Translations under genes and position numbers: made by a program
The notes under the pieces: model-generated
What the model saw: only the letters and a program-made list of their open reading frames with translations
Database searches by the model: none
What the model was told of the DNA's origin: nothing
Source of the DNA: Lama glama
Taxonomy: Eukaryota
Reading direction: 5' to 3'
Length of the DNA stretch: 64,000 nucleotides
Assembly: GCA_028534125.1 (NCBI GenBank)
Contig: CM052817.1
Span: forward strand, 35,218,001 to 35,282,000
Shown: positions 51,789 through 64,000 of the stretch, in pieces
How positions within the stretch are numbered: position 1 is the stretch's first letter
How the letters are laid out: each line of letters starts with the position of its first letter

Positions 51789-53130
51789 AAAACGATCAGG
51801 GTTTTGGTTTTTGTTTTGGCTAGGGAAGGACTGAGAAGGTAGCCTTGTGTTAACAATGATGCATGAAAAATCTTGGTCAGCTTTTCCCTAAAACCTTTCC
51901 AGTCTTGCTTGGCTCCAGTAGACTCTGAATTGCTGTCAGGATGATGTCTGTTTCATTATTTAAATATCATCGTTCAATTCTGCTATTAATAATAGCATTT
52001 TTGAGGATTCTCCCCCCCCCCCACAGCCTCTATTTCTTCTGTTAGTTTTGGAATCTGTGTTTCATATAAGAGGCTTTCACAGATGTCTGGTAATCCTTGA
52101 TTATCTGCTCATATTTTAAAACGGGGCATTTAAAAGCTGATTGGATGCTCTGAGTCTGCGGGACAAGGTTTTTGAAAATCAAGTGAGAGAAAAGGGCTGC
52201 AAAGGGAAGAGGGAAGGGCCTCAGAGTTAAGTATAAATTTTTTTCACTTAATTCTATTCCAGGTGCTTGATGTCCTCCAATACAAAGATCCTGTTTTACT
52301 CTCTCCCAGACAAAATGGCCTTCAGAATTAGGCTTTGGGGATAATGGGTGCATAAGTAAGGGTAAGTGTATAACTCATTACTAAATGAACTTCCAATCCT
52401 TTTAGTTACCTCTTTACTCCTATTTTCCAGAAGCCAGTTTCTGAGTATTTAGGACATTCTATGATATAAGTAGAATTACTTATTGGCTTTTCTCACTGCT
52501 GGTTTAGACTTTAGCTTTTCCAAATCAGCTGAGCCCTTTGCTTTTGATTCCATAATTTTTTTTCTCTTTCCCTCTACTCTTAGGAGTTTATGACTCTAAA
52601 AATCTCTTTACTGTCATTTTCAAGGGGTCTTAAGAGGAAGCAAATGTAGAAGACTATGTCTATTTTCATCTGGTAGTCTGGAGTGATCATTCTAAAAGAT
52701 AACACCAGATCGGTCATAGCAGTCTCCTGCTTTAAGAAGCTTCAGTGGTCCCTCACTGCTTGCACTATGACATTCAGACTCTTTAGCAAGGTAAACAAGA
52801 TAGCTCATTATCCTTCTAGCATAATCTCTCACAGTTGGCCACTGCTTCCCCACTCCATGCTCCACATTCCCCACACCTGGTGCTGTAAGATCCAGCTAAA
52901 ATAAGACCCTGGTAAGTCTTCTGAGCCTACCAAACCCTTATCAAGTTTCCACACCTGTGCTTTGGCTGGGTCACAAGCTGAAAAACCCTTTCTCCCCAAC
53001 GCCTACTTGATGAACACTTACTCCTCTTATGAAGACACAGCTTAAACATCACCTCCTCAATGCCTTCTTCAAGCCTTGCATGTGAATTTACTCACTCTCC
53101 TCCAACCCGCATCCCATGAACCTAGCATAT

Positions 53131-53578
53131 TGTTGGGAGGAGCAATTAGCCATGGGCCTTGAGTGTCCCTGCAAATTCTTGCTGGGTATGCAAAGAATGC
53201 AAGGTACTGACTGCTTTTTATCCAGGTCATTTTTCAGGGTTGTTTGGGATAGTCTTCAGAGCTGAGGTAATGGCTTCCCCAAGTAGCAAGCTGGTTTCCA
53301 CTTACTGTAAAAGTAATGAGTCCCCCCAAACTTAGTATTCCTTTCCTATAATGCAATCCACTTAGTGTGCAGATGCCCATCTACGTCCACCTCAGTCACC
53401 CGAGGGAGACTTGGGAGGCATGGGGAATTGACACAGACTTGAGGCTCTGGCTACTGCTTTTGCATGAGTAATAAAGTTCTCTGTCTTTGACTTAGGAATC
53501 TCACATCCCCTGCCTTGAAACAGCAACAGGGTAGCTTGTTAGCTTTTAAGTAGGGTACAGGCCTAGACCTTTCCCAAA
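53131..53578 (+). mobile_element. LTR-like element
   Basis: tgttgggaga start; gagtaataaagttctctgtctttgacttagga U5-like pattern. Confidence 0.5.
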
Positions 53579-54139
53579 CGGTGACTTACACTTCTCACAG
53601 AACCTGTAACAGCTGCATTATTTCCAAGTCTGACTTCATTTAGTTCCTTCCTGACAGCAGAGATTCATGCGTTCTGCACCTGTTTCCCAAACTATCGTTT
53701 TACTCTTCTCCATCTACTATACTACATTGTTCCAATTCCCGGGAAGTATCAGTGTCTACTCCAGTACCTTCCTGATTCTTTTTGCACATTTATTGGTCCA
53801 TTCTCATTTCACTGCTTCTCCTCACCTACTTCCTAACTCAGCTCTCAGCTGGGTCAGTTTCTTTCAAAAATAAAAATGATTTCAAAAATAATTTTGAAAA
53901 TCCCTGACCCTACCCCAAGACATGGTTAGGTCCCTGTAATGTGCTCTCGTAGTGTCAGAGCCCATTATCACAGTTGGGACAATGGTGTGTGATTTAGTCT
54001 AAGGGAGCTTAGCTGCCCAGGTGAAGGCAGAGGGAAGATGGGTGGTTGGGTTCATTCAGGCTTGGCATCTTTGTCAGGTGACTGTGGAAGAATGGAGAGG
54101 TGAGGGAAGTCAGGCTGTTTGCAAGAGAGTGAGCCTCTT

Positions 54140-54551
54140 GTACTAGAGTTCTCTAGAGAAACTGAACCAATAGGATAAATAGAGCTTAAGAAACTGGCTC
54201 ACACGATTGTGAGGGCTGGCAAGTCTGAAACCTAGGGCAGGCCAGTAGTCTAGAAATTCAATTAAGAGTTGAGGTTGCAGTCTTGAAACAGGTTGGAAAC
54301 TCGGGGAGGGTTTCTAGGTGGGTGCAGTGTTGAGAATTCTGTCTTCTTCAGGAAACCTCAGTCTTTGTTCTTAAGGCCTTCAGCTGTCTGGATGGGGCCC
54401 GCCCACATTATGGAAGGTAATCCACTTTACTCACGGTCTATTTAAAGGTTCATCACATTTAAAAACTACCTTCACAGCAACATCTAGACTGGTGTTTGAA
54501 CACACAACTTTGCGCAATTAGACAAACTGAAACATAAAATTAACCGTCACA
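54140..54551 (-). mobile_element. MLT2-like ERVL LTR
   Basis: agagaaactgaaccaatagga...cataaaattaaccgtcaca. Confidence 0.7.
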
Positions 54552-55209
54552 TCTAACAGAACCATCACTGAAGCCAAACAAGCACTTTTCAACGATTGAG
54601 GAAGCAAATTCAATGATTGAGGAAGAGTGCAAGGACCCACTCGGGTCTCCTTTGTGTAATCATTTTCTATTTGCCATAGTGCAGTGAGAAATTCCAGAAA
54701 GGTTAAAAGCATTGGTTCCTGCCATCCAACAACTTCTCAGCTACATGAGAAGACAATTTCAGCACACAAAAGCATAAATTTTGCATACTGCTTACTCTAA
54801 AATGTCTAAGGAGTGTGCAGTTTTTTTCTGAGTCCTGGATTTTCACTCTGACCTCTCTATGAAACATGAGGGCAATTTTCCTTAGAGGTGTTGACTACAC
54901 TGTACTTGAAACCTAAAGAAGGCATTGGGAACTCAAAGGATGCTCTAGGACAAGATAATATGATTAAGTGGATTAAGTCTACCTGTGAAAGCAAACTTTG
55001 CTAGATCCCAGGAAAGAATAGAGGTAATGTCTAAAATATGTACAGTAAGAAGTAATATTTAAAACATAGAGATTAAGAAATATTTAAATGTGGGTGCACT
55101 ACAGAGTGCTGGAGAGGGCACTGACCTCTTTGTTTTCTTCATTTTTAACATATAGTTAAAAATGCATGTAGTTTGATTTTTTTTTTTTTTGAGGTAGGAC
55201 CCTGGTATC

Positions 55210-55797
55210 TATTTTTAAACAGACTTTTAAAAAGCAGTTTTAGGTACATAGCAAATTGAGCAGAAGGTACAGAGTTCCCATTTGCCCCCTACCCCCGACA
55301 TGATAACCTCCCATTTGCCCCCTACTCCCGACATAATAACCTCAATATCTCCCCCACCCCTCAGTGGCCCATTTATTATGATTGATGAACCACACCGACA
55401 CATCATTATCACCACAAATTTATAGTTTACATTAGGGTTCATTCTTGGTGTCGTACATCCTATAAGTTTGGACAAATATATAATGACATGTATCTGCCAT
55501 CATGGTAACAGTAGTTTCACTACCCTAAAATCCCCTGCGCTTCACCTGCTCAGCCCTCTCTCCTCACCAACTCCTAGCAACCACTGACTTTTTTACTGTC
55601 TCCATAGTTTTACCTTTTCCAGAAGGTATATAGTTGGAATCATACAGTATGTACTCTTTTCAGACAGGCTTCATTTGTTCACTTGGTCATAGCCACTTAA
55701 GTCCCCTCCATGTCTTTTCATAGCTTGACAGCTCATCTCCTTTTAGGATTGAATAATATTCCATTGGCTGGATGTACCAGTTTATTCATCTACCTAC
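55210..55797 (-). mobile_element. Old L1 3'UTR fragment with an internal ~33-bp tandem duplication (55277-55343)
   Basis: L1 antisense text; tcccatttgccccctac(c/t)cccgacat(g/a)ataacc x2. Confidence 0.7.
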
Positions 55798-55999
55798 TTT
55801 ATTTTGATTTTAAATAGTACTCCTCCCCAACACACACACACACAGTTTGGGAATCTAAGCCTCCTCTTCTGTGACTCCCTCCCTGTTCTGGCTAGTGTCC
55901 CCGTGGAACATGCCTTTACCGTAGTGCTTACTTAACACTGCACTTCTCGTTACTTTATTTGTCCCTCCTATTTGTCCAAAACCTGCAGTTTTGCTTGGT

Positions 56000-58289
56000 T
56001 CGTAAGAGATGGCCTATTTATTGAAACACCTGGATCAGAGTAATGAGATCAGCCTCGCTGGTGCCGAGTATGGATCCTGGATGTGACCATCACTGTACTG
56101 CTCACCGTATAACACACTCACTAGAAGTCACTATTAAAAAACAGTAAACACATTTAAACATACTTATTACATATATTTGTCACCAACGCATCACAAGGAG
56201 GTCACAAAAAGGTAGGTTTCGTTCACAGTAATATAGATCCCGTGAAAACATGATTTTCTCTGCTGCTTACAAGTATAGAAATTTAAAGCAGTTAAACAAC
56301 ATTTGAGATTAAGCTGGTATAAAATTGTAATCCACACTTTAGAAACCTGTGAAATAAAAGGCCATGATGGAGAAACAGTAAGAAATCTGTAGAATTATCA
56401 AACTGTCACAGTACCATTTTTCTTTATAAAAGCACCTCAGTAAAACAAGATAAAAACTATGGAAAACAACAGAAATCAAATCAGAGATTTTGGTTTAGTA
56501 CTTTCCCTGAGTCTCTTGTTTTGAGGCTGGTTCAACATTGACCCATAGGTCTTGCCTCCTCCACGCTGCTATGAGGAATACATTTAAGACAAGAGGTTAT
56601 ACACTCATATGGTCCCAGGGCTTTATCCAAATGCTGGTTGGCTTATGTCACCACCACAGAGATATCTGACCCACTGCTGCCTGCTGTGTGTGGGCTTAAA
56701 GAGCTGTCACCATTTTGCCTTGGCCTGCCATAATATAACATGTGAGGCTGAATACCAAATGAAGACAAAAGATTACTGTTAATAAATACTACATTTCTAG
56801 ATGGATTTGGACACTACGTACATCAAATTATGGTAACAATAACACAGAAACAAACACTTTCATGTTTTAAAAATCTTATGTAAAACAAGGGTTGGGGGCA
56901 AGTCATCTTAAAGTTTTAAATCTCAGATGTTAACCAAAAAATACTTAAAAAAAATCTACTTCATAAGATTCCCAGTAAAACAAATTGGAAAAAGTGATGT
57001 TGATGCTCAGAATTAGACGAGCATGCTAACCGAAAAAAGTCGCTGTCTCCTTGATCCTTGAACAAATTTGGCCCCTACAGTGTTTCTACTTGATCATCTC
57101 ATTGCAGTGATCTTTATGTGTATATACACATGTTTGCAAGTGATCAAGCACTTCATTAAAAAAGCATATAACCAAATTAAGGATAGAAGGTTTGTTAGAA
57201 TCTAAATATTTAGTTTTTACTTCAAACGTACAAGGTTACTTGCTGGGCTTATACTATAAGGTATAAGTAGTATGGATCATACTTTCTAGTCAAATGTAGG
57301 AAAACTTTTTGCAAGATGTGTCTTTGCTGTCATTCTTAGGGCATCTCAAAGACAGGTGGCAAATACTGCTAAGCTGTGTGTCTTCCTTTTGAAATCTGAA
57401 TTGCAGACCAACAGTCAACATTTCAAAAGCTAATAATAATCATGCACTGTCTTAAAACTGAAGGAGGAATGATGGCTCTAGCCACTAACAATAACTGCTG
57501 TTAGTTATTTAATTTAATAATGTAAGCACCCCATTGCACAGATTGGGAAAGTGAAGCACCAAAAGTTGTATTTGTTTTTGTTTTTCTTTAAGAGAAGCCA
57601 AGGTCCTAACTATAATCAAAACCCTAGACACTAGATAACTTTGGGGTATAACAAATTGAAATGTTATACTTGACTCACATGTCCTGTTTGTACTACACCA
57701 CCTTAGTCTGACCTCCTGTAAACTGTTAAAAGTATGGACATGGCAAATGCCACTTAACCACCTGCCTTCTCCGACCAGGTGCAAAAGGCTAGCCAATGCT
57801 TGAGTTAAAAAACGAATAACATATAACATTGTATTATATGTGATTAACAAGGTTAATTATAAAAATACTCCATAACTGATTTTCAATAATTCTCAAGAAA
57901 CCCTCCACAAAATTCTCTAAGAATCTGTGGAGAAGTACAGTACTTGGCAATCCTCTCTAAAACAGAAATTTACCAATTCTTTGCATTACTGTTGATGATC
58001 TGAAATTAAATGTATATGGTCTCACAATTGGTAGCCTAAAAGTACTAAACTACTAAATAAAACTGAAAGGGTCACCCAAGTTCCTAGATAACACCAAAAT
58101 ATTTATCTAGGGTTATTAAAGAAAGTATAGCACTTTGGTACCCTTTTCAGAAAAAAATTTCAAAAGGTATAACACAAGCATGTGGCATTTTACATTATAC
58201 CAACTGAGTAACAGTAAATGGATAAAGTGTAACCACTGCAACTTCTCCACGGACTTTGTATCTTGAAACATCATATCTACCCCTAGCAG
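56000..58289 (-). other. PPAT: PPAT 3'UTR; candidate AATAAA (minus strand) at 56017-56022
   Basis: Repeat-poor AT-rich stretch after the stop; hexamer seen; end inferred. Confidence 0.55.
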
Positions 58290-58555
58290 CTACCATTCCA
58301 ATTCCACAGGGTATTTTCCAGTCAGACAAGCTGTACAATGATCATTCTTTTCAAAACTTTCTAGACCATTCCCATTTTCTTGAACCATAATATCTTGCTT
58401 TGTACAATGACCGTTCTTTTCAAAACATTCCAGACCGTTTCCATTTTCTTGAACCATAATATCTTGCTTTTTCACTTTCTGTTTTTTAAATATTATCCCT
58501 TCTTGCACAGATGAAACCAGTCCTTTAACTGACAGATACACAACACTGTTTGCTC
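58290..58555 (-). CDS. PPAT: PPAT terminal exon, including a 69-nt in-frame duplication
   Basis: 266 nt ending in TAG. Confidence 0.94.
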
Positions 58556-61500
58556 CTACAGGGCAAAGAGAAAAAAAAAAAAAAAAAGCCATGAGATTTC
58601 ATCTGGAAAGGAAGACCTGCCTTAACAGAGAATAGTTAAAAACAGAAAAACATAAGCCAGAATAAAAATTTCTCCTTTAGCCTCTCTTAAAAAAGGGGGT
58701 GGTGGTGTCAACTAGGGGATCAGTACAACTCAGGCTTTTATTATTATTTTTTAAATTTTAAATTGGAATTTAAGGGATAACATAATTTAAAATAGCAGTG
58801 GAGGATTCAAGTGGAATAGATCTGGAAGGCTTCAGGAGTAATTTTCTTGATTAACAGATTTTGAAGTCAGGAAAATCTGGGTTCAACTTTAAGCTCAAGG
58901 TCACTTACTTATTTCCTAAGTCTATTTTTTCATCTACCAGATAAGGGAAACATTACCTAATTGTGACATTTTTGTGCTGTTATTACAATAAAAAAGACAT
59001 GTTCCTGGCAAAGAGCAATTGCTCATAATATGTCAGTTGGGTCATATTTGAAATGTTTAACTGGTAACCTCTAGGCATGACCAGTCAAGAGAAACACCAG
59101 CCATATACAAACAGTGTTGGAGGTACCATACCTGGCTGAACATGTATGTGACATTTAGAGTTTATTCCTCACCTGACTTTGAAAGGCAAATGTCTTATCA
59201 AGAATGACCTCCATCTCCAAGTCTTCTGATCTCATTATTAAAGACAAACCTACATAAGCTTTTCACTTTTTGACCTGTACTGACATCAAAATTATTCTAT
59301 TAGACTCTACAGTGAAATTGCTTTTGTTTTTCTTGTGGTCTGACCTCTGGGAGGCTTTAACTGATATGTAGTTCTTTCTACTGGGAAAGCCTTTCTTCCT
59401 TATCCTCTGGTCCCACCTTGGCCTTGCTCTCCATCACGGCACTGACTATGGTCCATCCACATGAGGCATTCTCACTTTTCAGAACAGTGTCCAATATCTG
59501 CTTAACATATACACCATCTACTTTCAACAAATATTGAACACTATTTCTTATTAAAATATCTAAGCTTTGGATTTTCTGTTATTAGATGAATAAAAGATAA
59601 TTTATAGAAATTTTAATACCTACCTAGATAATCTGAAATATGCTCAAATTCTGGTTTATTGGCAATAAGCTCTTCTTTTGTTGGTATGTTTATTCCCATG
59701 AAGCATGGATATTTTATTGGGGGTGAAGCTACGCGAATGTGTACCTTGGAAAGAAATCATTTCGGACATTTCGTTAGTTTGACATTCACTGTAAGAACAA
59801 CTATGCAAAATTCTGTCATTGGCAAATGCAACATAAAAATTGTTTAACGGAATATTTTAACAACATTTGAGTAATAAATAAAGCACACTACAAAATTTCT
59901 TCCACAGTAATAGGTGAAAATGAATCCTAGAAAATCATGTGATATACATACAGAACTCTGGTGTTCAGTTAGAACTACTTTTATAATTAATTCATTTACA
60001 AGAATCCTACTTGAGCAACCCTGCTCTAGACTCCAAAGCGTGCTAAATAAGAATTTCAAAACGTCAGCCACTTGTAAAGGGTTTTTACAGAGCTGCCCGT
60101 TGTTTCCTTGCATCACCTATTAACAAGGACAGTTCTTTCTTCTGATCTCCCATTTCTCACTGCATGACTTTATATTCCTAGGATCACCTTCATTTTTTGC
60201 TGTAACACTTGAATGGCACTTCTGCCTACCTCTTATTGTACCATTTTAAAAAGAAAAAATACAATCTTCCAGGATATAATAAAAACCTGACCACTACAAA
60301 GAGCTATCTGGGGGAGGGGGGAGATAAGTAGGTTTATTTACTTATGTTTAGAGGAAGTACTGGGGATGGAACCCAGGACCTTACGCATGCTAAGCATGTG
60401 CTCTGCCACTTGAGCTGTACCCTCCCCACCCAAAGAGCTATTTTTCTCTACTATTTTGTCTATCATTATTTTCTGCCTTTTGTCAGGTACGTTTACATGG
60501 CTGTAATTGGTGTCCACATTTACTTTCTACCTTTGTTATAACAGCAACGATTTCCCCACGTTATGCAGTCTTCATAATTATAGTTTTTAGTGGCTGCATG
60601 ATATTTCATCATACTGATGTATCAATTTCCTGAACTATTTCCCTCTGGTAGATACATGCTAGTAGGTAGCCATTTCCAGTTTGTTTGTTTACTTATTTAT
60701 GTCTACTGTTTTTTACTATTGTAATGGATGCTGAATTGACTTTACATTTCATTTTTATTACTTGCTTTTCATAGAATGCCAGAGATTCCCATAATCGTAA
60801 TAATAGTCATAAAAAAGGGCTGGAAAATCATAATCATAATTACCTTAGAAGCTTTCCAAATAGACTATCATACTGCTTTCTATACCGTTTTTCTCCACAA
60901 TAGATTTTATTTCTAAATATGTTCAACTATTACCTGTAAATGACATCTCACTTCTGTAATTTGAATTACTGAAATATTTAGTTAGAAAAAGCTTTGAGAT
61001 TTGAAAACATAACCTAATGTGTCAAATTTATGACACTAGGATTGACTATACATCTTCAAAAAGAAAAAGTAATACAAATTTAAGAAGTATTTTATTTTGT
61101 GATTTTTGTTAGTTTTAAAACTAATTTTATAAAAATGTTAACATAAAATTTACACAACATGAGAACAGTTTTTATCACATTGTTAATTATTGGTGCTTTA
61201 GGGTATGTTCTAATATTACTTACCTCTTTTGCACCAGATTCTTTGAGCAATTTGATTATGGGTGAGATGGTATTGCCCCTCACAATTGAATCATCTACAA
61301 GAACAATTCTTTTGCCTTTGAAGTTGTCCGACAATACTCCAAATTTTTTCGCAACACCAAGCTGTCTTAACCTCATGTTTGGCTGAATGAAGGTTCTTCC
61401 TACATACCGGTTTTTACATAGCACCTCCACGTATGGAAGCCCACACTGACAGGGAAGGAAGAAGAGGACAATGAGCAGCAAATGTACAGAGAACGCTAAG

Positions 61501-63681
61501 CTCCTATTTTCTCCAGGTCACGCTCCCCTTGTAGCATGTATGTAAATTTTTTAAATGTGGTTGTTATTCTGAACTCTCCATCATCAGATTACAATTTTCC
61601 TTCACTATTTAAAGGGGAAAAAGGCAAAAAGAAGAATCATTGAAAGTCCTCAACTTAGTGGGAAAACCCACTCATTATGTTAGAATTTGTAATGCTGCTC
61701 TCTTAAATAAATATTATTTCTCTATCTTGGAAGAGAACACTAAGAATGTGAACACATGACAAAGAATAAATCACTGTCAAAAAAATCCAAATAAAATTAT
61801 CAGCAAGAAATGAATTAAAACCAGTAGGCTGAGGAGATGCTCTCTGAGGGACAGGAAGTGATTTATCCTCTTACTAAGGTACCTCCTCTAAAATGTTGCA
61901 TATTATTTCTTTTAAAAATTCATACACTAAACATTCAAATATAATGAACGCTGGGTATTACACCTAGGATCACTATAATTACATAATCTACCTGGTTACA
62001 AACAGTGAAATAAAGCATAGTACTAAGAACATTAAAGAGAATTAATGCAAACAGCTCATCATCACCCATACTTAATCGGGAACAAATATACCAGTGGCTT
62101 GTGAGGATACGTGCTAGTAAATATACCTTAAAATTCTACATATATTCATGATGTTATCTTTTTAAATTGAAAAGGACCATTTTCCTATGTCTTTGGGTGA
62201 ACTTTTTGTGGACTCTGCTAAAAAAAATTGTGCTGCTGAAGGAAGAGGCTGGAAACTAAGTAACTCATAAAGAAACCAACATTTTTTCTTTCTTTGCAAT
62301 AAATTGATGAGTTTCTCTTTATATACATGGATTTCTAATTTCAGTGCTAGATGAACAATTCACTGTGTGTTAATTAAGAGAAAATACCTTTGCTGCGTAA
62401 CCAAGAGCAGCAGGCGTAGCAGATTCCGGAACCGTGCTAACCAAATCTGCATCCACAGGTGCTTCCATGGCCAGCTGCTGACCACAACGGTATCTTACTG
62501 TGTAAACCATTTGGTCTGGAATGTTTGGAAAAGGAAATAAATTATTTATATGTAGTATAATATAGCTCAGCAGAATATCACTATTCTAAAAACTAGCTTG
62601 TTAGAACCCTATAGATTTGAGCACAAAAAGAAAAGTAAGACATAAAAAAAAACCCCACTAAAGTGGAAATACGTAAACTGGGGGAATTTACTATTTAAAA
62701 AAAAATTAACTTTAATACATATCTGAAATCCTTACTCCTAAAAGGAAAACAAAATCCAGGAGTCAGATGAAAAGGAAAAATAGTCATCTTATGACTTGTA
62801 GGCTCAGTTCCAAATCCACAACATATAACTATGTGCCTTCACAGAGCCAGGTAAGACTTTGGGCCCCAGAACTGCCATGCTTCGACGGGATAAACAACAG
62901 ACTTTAATTAATTGTTATCAAGATATTTTACTTACCTTCAAATATACTATCTGGTCTTGCAAAATAAACATATTCAAAGATACAGAAGGCCATTGGGTTT
63001 CCTTCAGACCTTGGTATAATATCAAGAGTTTGGACATTATGTCTGGATATTTCCACAATTTCTCCAGGCAAGACTTCACGGTAATATCTTGGGAAACAAT
63101 GTTAAAGAAGACTTTAAGTAAACCAGTACTTAAGGCTAACTATCAAGTAGAAAGTACAGAGTCCCTTCCCCTATAGAGGAAAGTCTAAAAATGGCTTAAA
63201 AAATAAAAAAAGTAATATTCCTCCAGTAATAATCTCTATAAATCTGTTACCCCTAAATTCAAATTTAGAAAAAAAAAATAAAAGCCTTATGTTTTATTGA
63301 TTATTGGAAGAATGAAGACTAAAGAGAACATTTTTATCCTAGTTTAAAATTTTTGATCCTTGATGAGGAGATTTTTTCCTTTCTAAAATAAGCCTCATGG
63401 TATTTTGAAAACAAGATGCTAGGTCCAGGATTAGAAGGTTATTGTTGGAACATTAAAGTCAGTGCAACTGCTGAATACAATGTACAAAAGAAACTGCATT
63501 TATAAATATGTATTCTCGCAGACATCAGAAACAGAACTTTCATATTATAATAAAAATTTTTTTACTTATGTGGCAAAAAATTCATCTGCTGAGTGAGATA
63601 AAACTTACCTTGCACCAATAGATAAAAAGCTACAAGATTCTGAAGACACCACCCATCCTTCTGTTTCTGAAGATTTTTTTT
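58290..63681 (-). CDS. PPAT: PPAT amidophosphoribosyltransferase, last six exons: complement join(63609-63681,62936-63087,62388-62515,61224-61445,59624-59744,58290-58555)
   Basis: [23 protein letters not shown] motif [35 protein letters not shown]; phases consistent. Confidence 0.96.
58332..58469 (-). repeat. 69-nt tandem duplication (58332-58400 and 58401-58469), 63/69 identical
   Basis: Direct alignment of the two copies. Confidence 0.95.
59624..59744 (-). CDS. PPAT: PPAT exon 10 ([22 protein letters not shown]...)
   Basis: 121 nt, AG/GT. Confidence 0.94.
60308..60430 (-). mobile_element. Vic-1-like tRNA SINE with 11-bp TSD CAAAGAGCTAT
   Basis: TSDs at 60297-60307 and 60431-60441. Confidence 0.88.
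61224..61445 (-). CDS. PPAT: PPAT exon 9 (PRPP-binding motif)
   Basis: 222 nt, AG/GT. Confidence 0.95.
62388..62515 (-). CDS. PPAT: PPAT exon 8 ([11 protein letters not shown]...[15 protein letters not shown])
   Basis: 128 nt, AG/GT. Confidence 0.94.
62936..63087 (-). CDS. PPAT: PPAT exon 7 ([11 protein letters not shown]...[17 protein letters not shown])
   Basis: 152 nt, AG/GT. Confidence 0.94.
63609..63681 (-). CDS. PPAT: PPAT exon 6 ([23 protein letters not shown])
   Basis: 73 nt, AG/GT. Confidence 0.92.
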
Positions 63682-64000
63682 CTGTAAACCATGAGACAAT
63701 AGGTTCAATCAATTCAAGAAATTTTAAAAGAGGCTTATCTATTTAAAGAGAACACTTAAATGAAAAATAGATAAATAAAAGAGCTCAGAGAATATCCATT
63801 ACTATGACCTTAAGAGCACATGGCTCCTTGTTTGACTAGAACCAAAGATAAAATTAACAATCCTAAGATTCCTCCAAATATTATGATTTCATGGCTTGAA
63901 TAAGATATCTGACAAGTCAAAAAGAAAATCACTGACATCATACTACATAAATGAAAAAGCTGGGCAAAGGAGATAAATAAAGGATATAAAGTAGGCCATT

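Overview
Mammalian genomic DNA, probably camelid given three copies of a Vic-1-like tRNA-derived SINE (inference). It covers the conserved CRACD(+) / AASDH(-) / PPAT(-) block: the last five coding exons and 3'UTR of CRACD (KIAA1211), a decayed ~7 kb composite LINE-1, the complete AASDH gene (14 coding exons joining in phase to a 1098-codon ORF, plus a non-coding first exon in a CpG-rich promoter), and the last six exons and 3'UTR of PPAT. I found no unknown multi-gene system. The notable signals are local: (1) an in-frame, already diverged 69-nt (23-aa) tandem duplication in the last PPAT exon, directly before the CxxC [4Fe-4S] ligands; (2) a SINE whose target-site duplication copied an AASDH 5' splice site; (3) a perfect 35-nt tailless U2 snRNA retrocopy with a 15-bp TSD two introns' worth of sequence away, in the intron upstream of the same exon; (4) an L1 with two tandem ORF1 starts and an apparent insertion-mediated ORF2 deletion. 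Exon numbers follow the human genes from memory. Repeat family names are by eye and their boundaries approximate.
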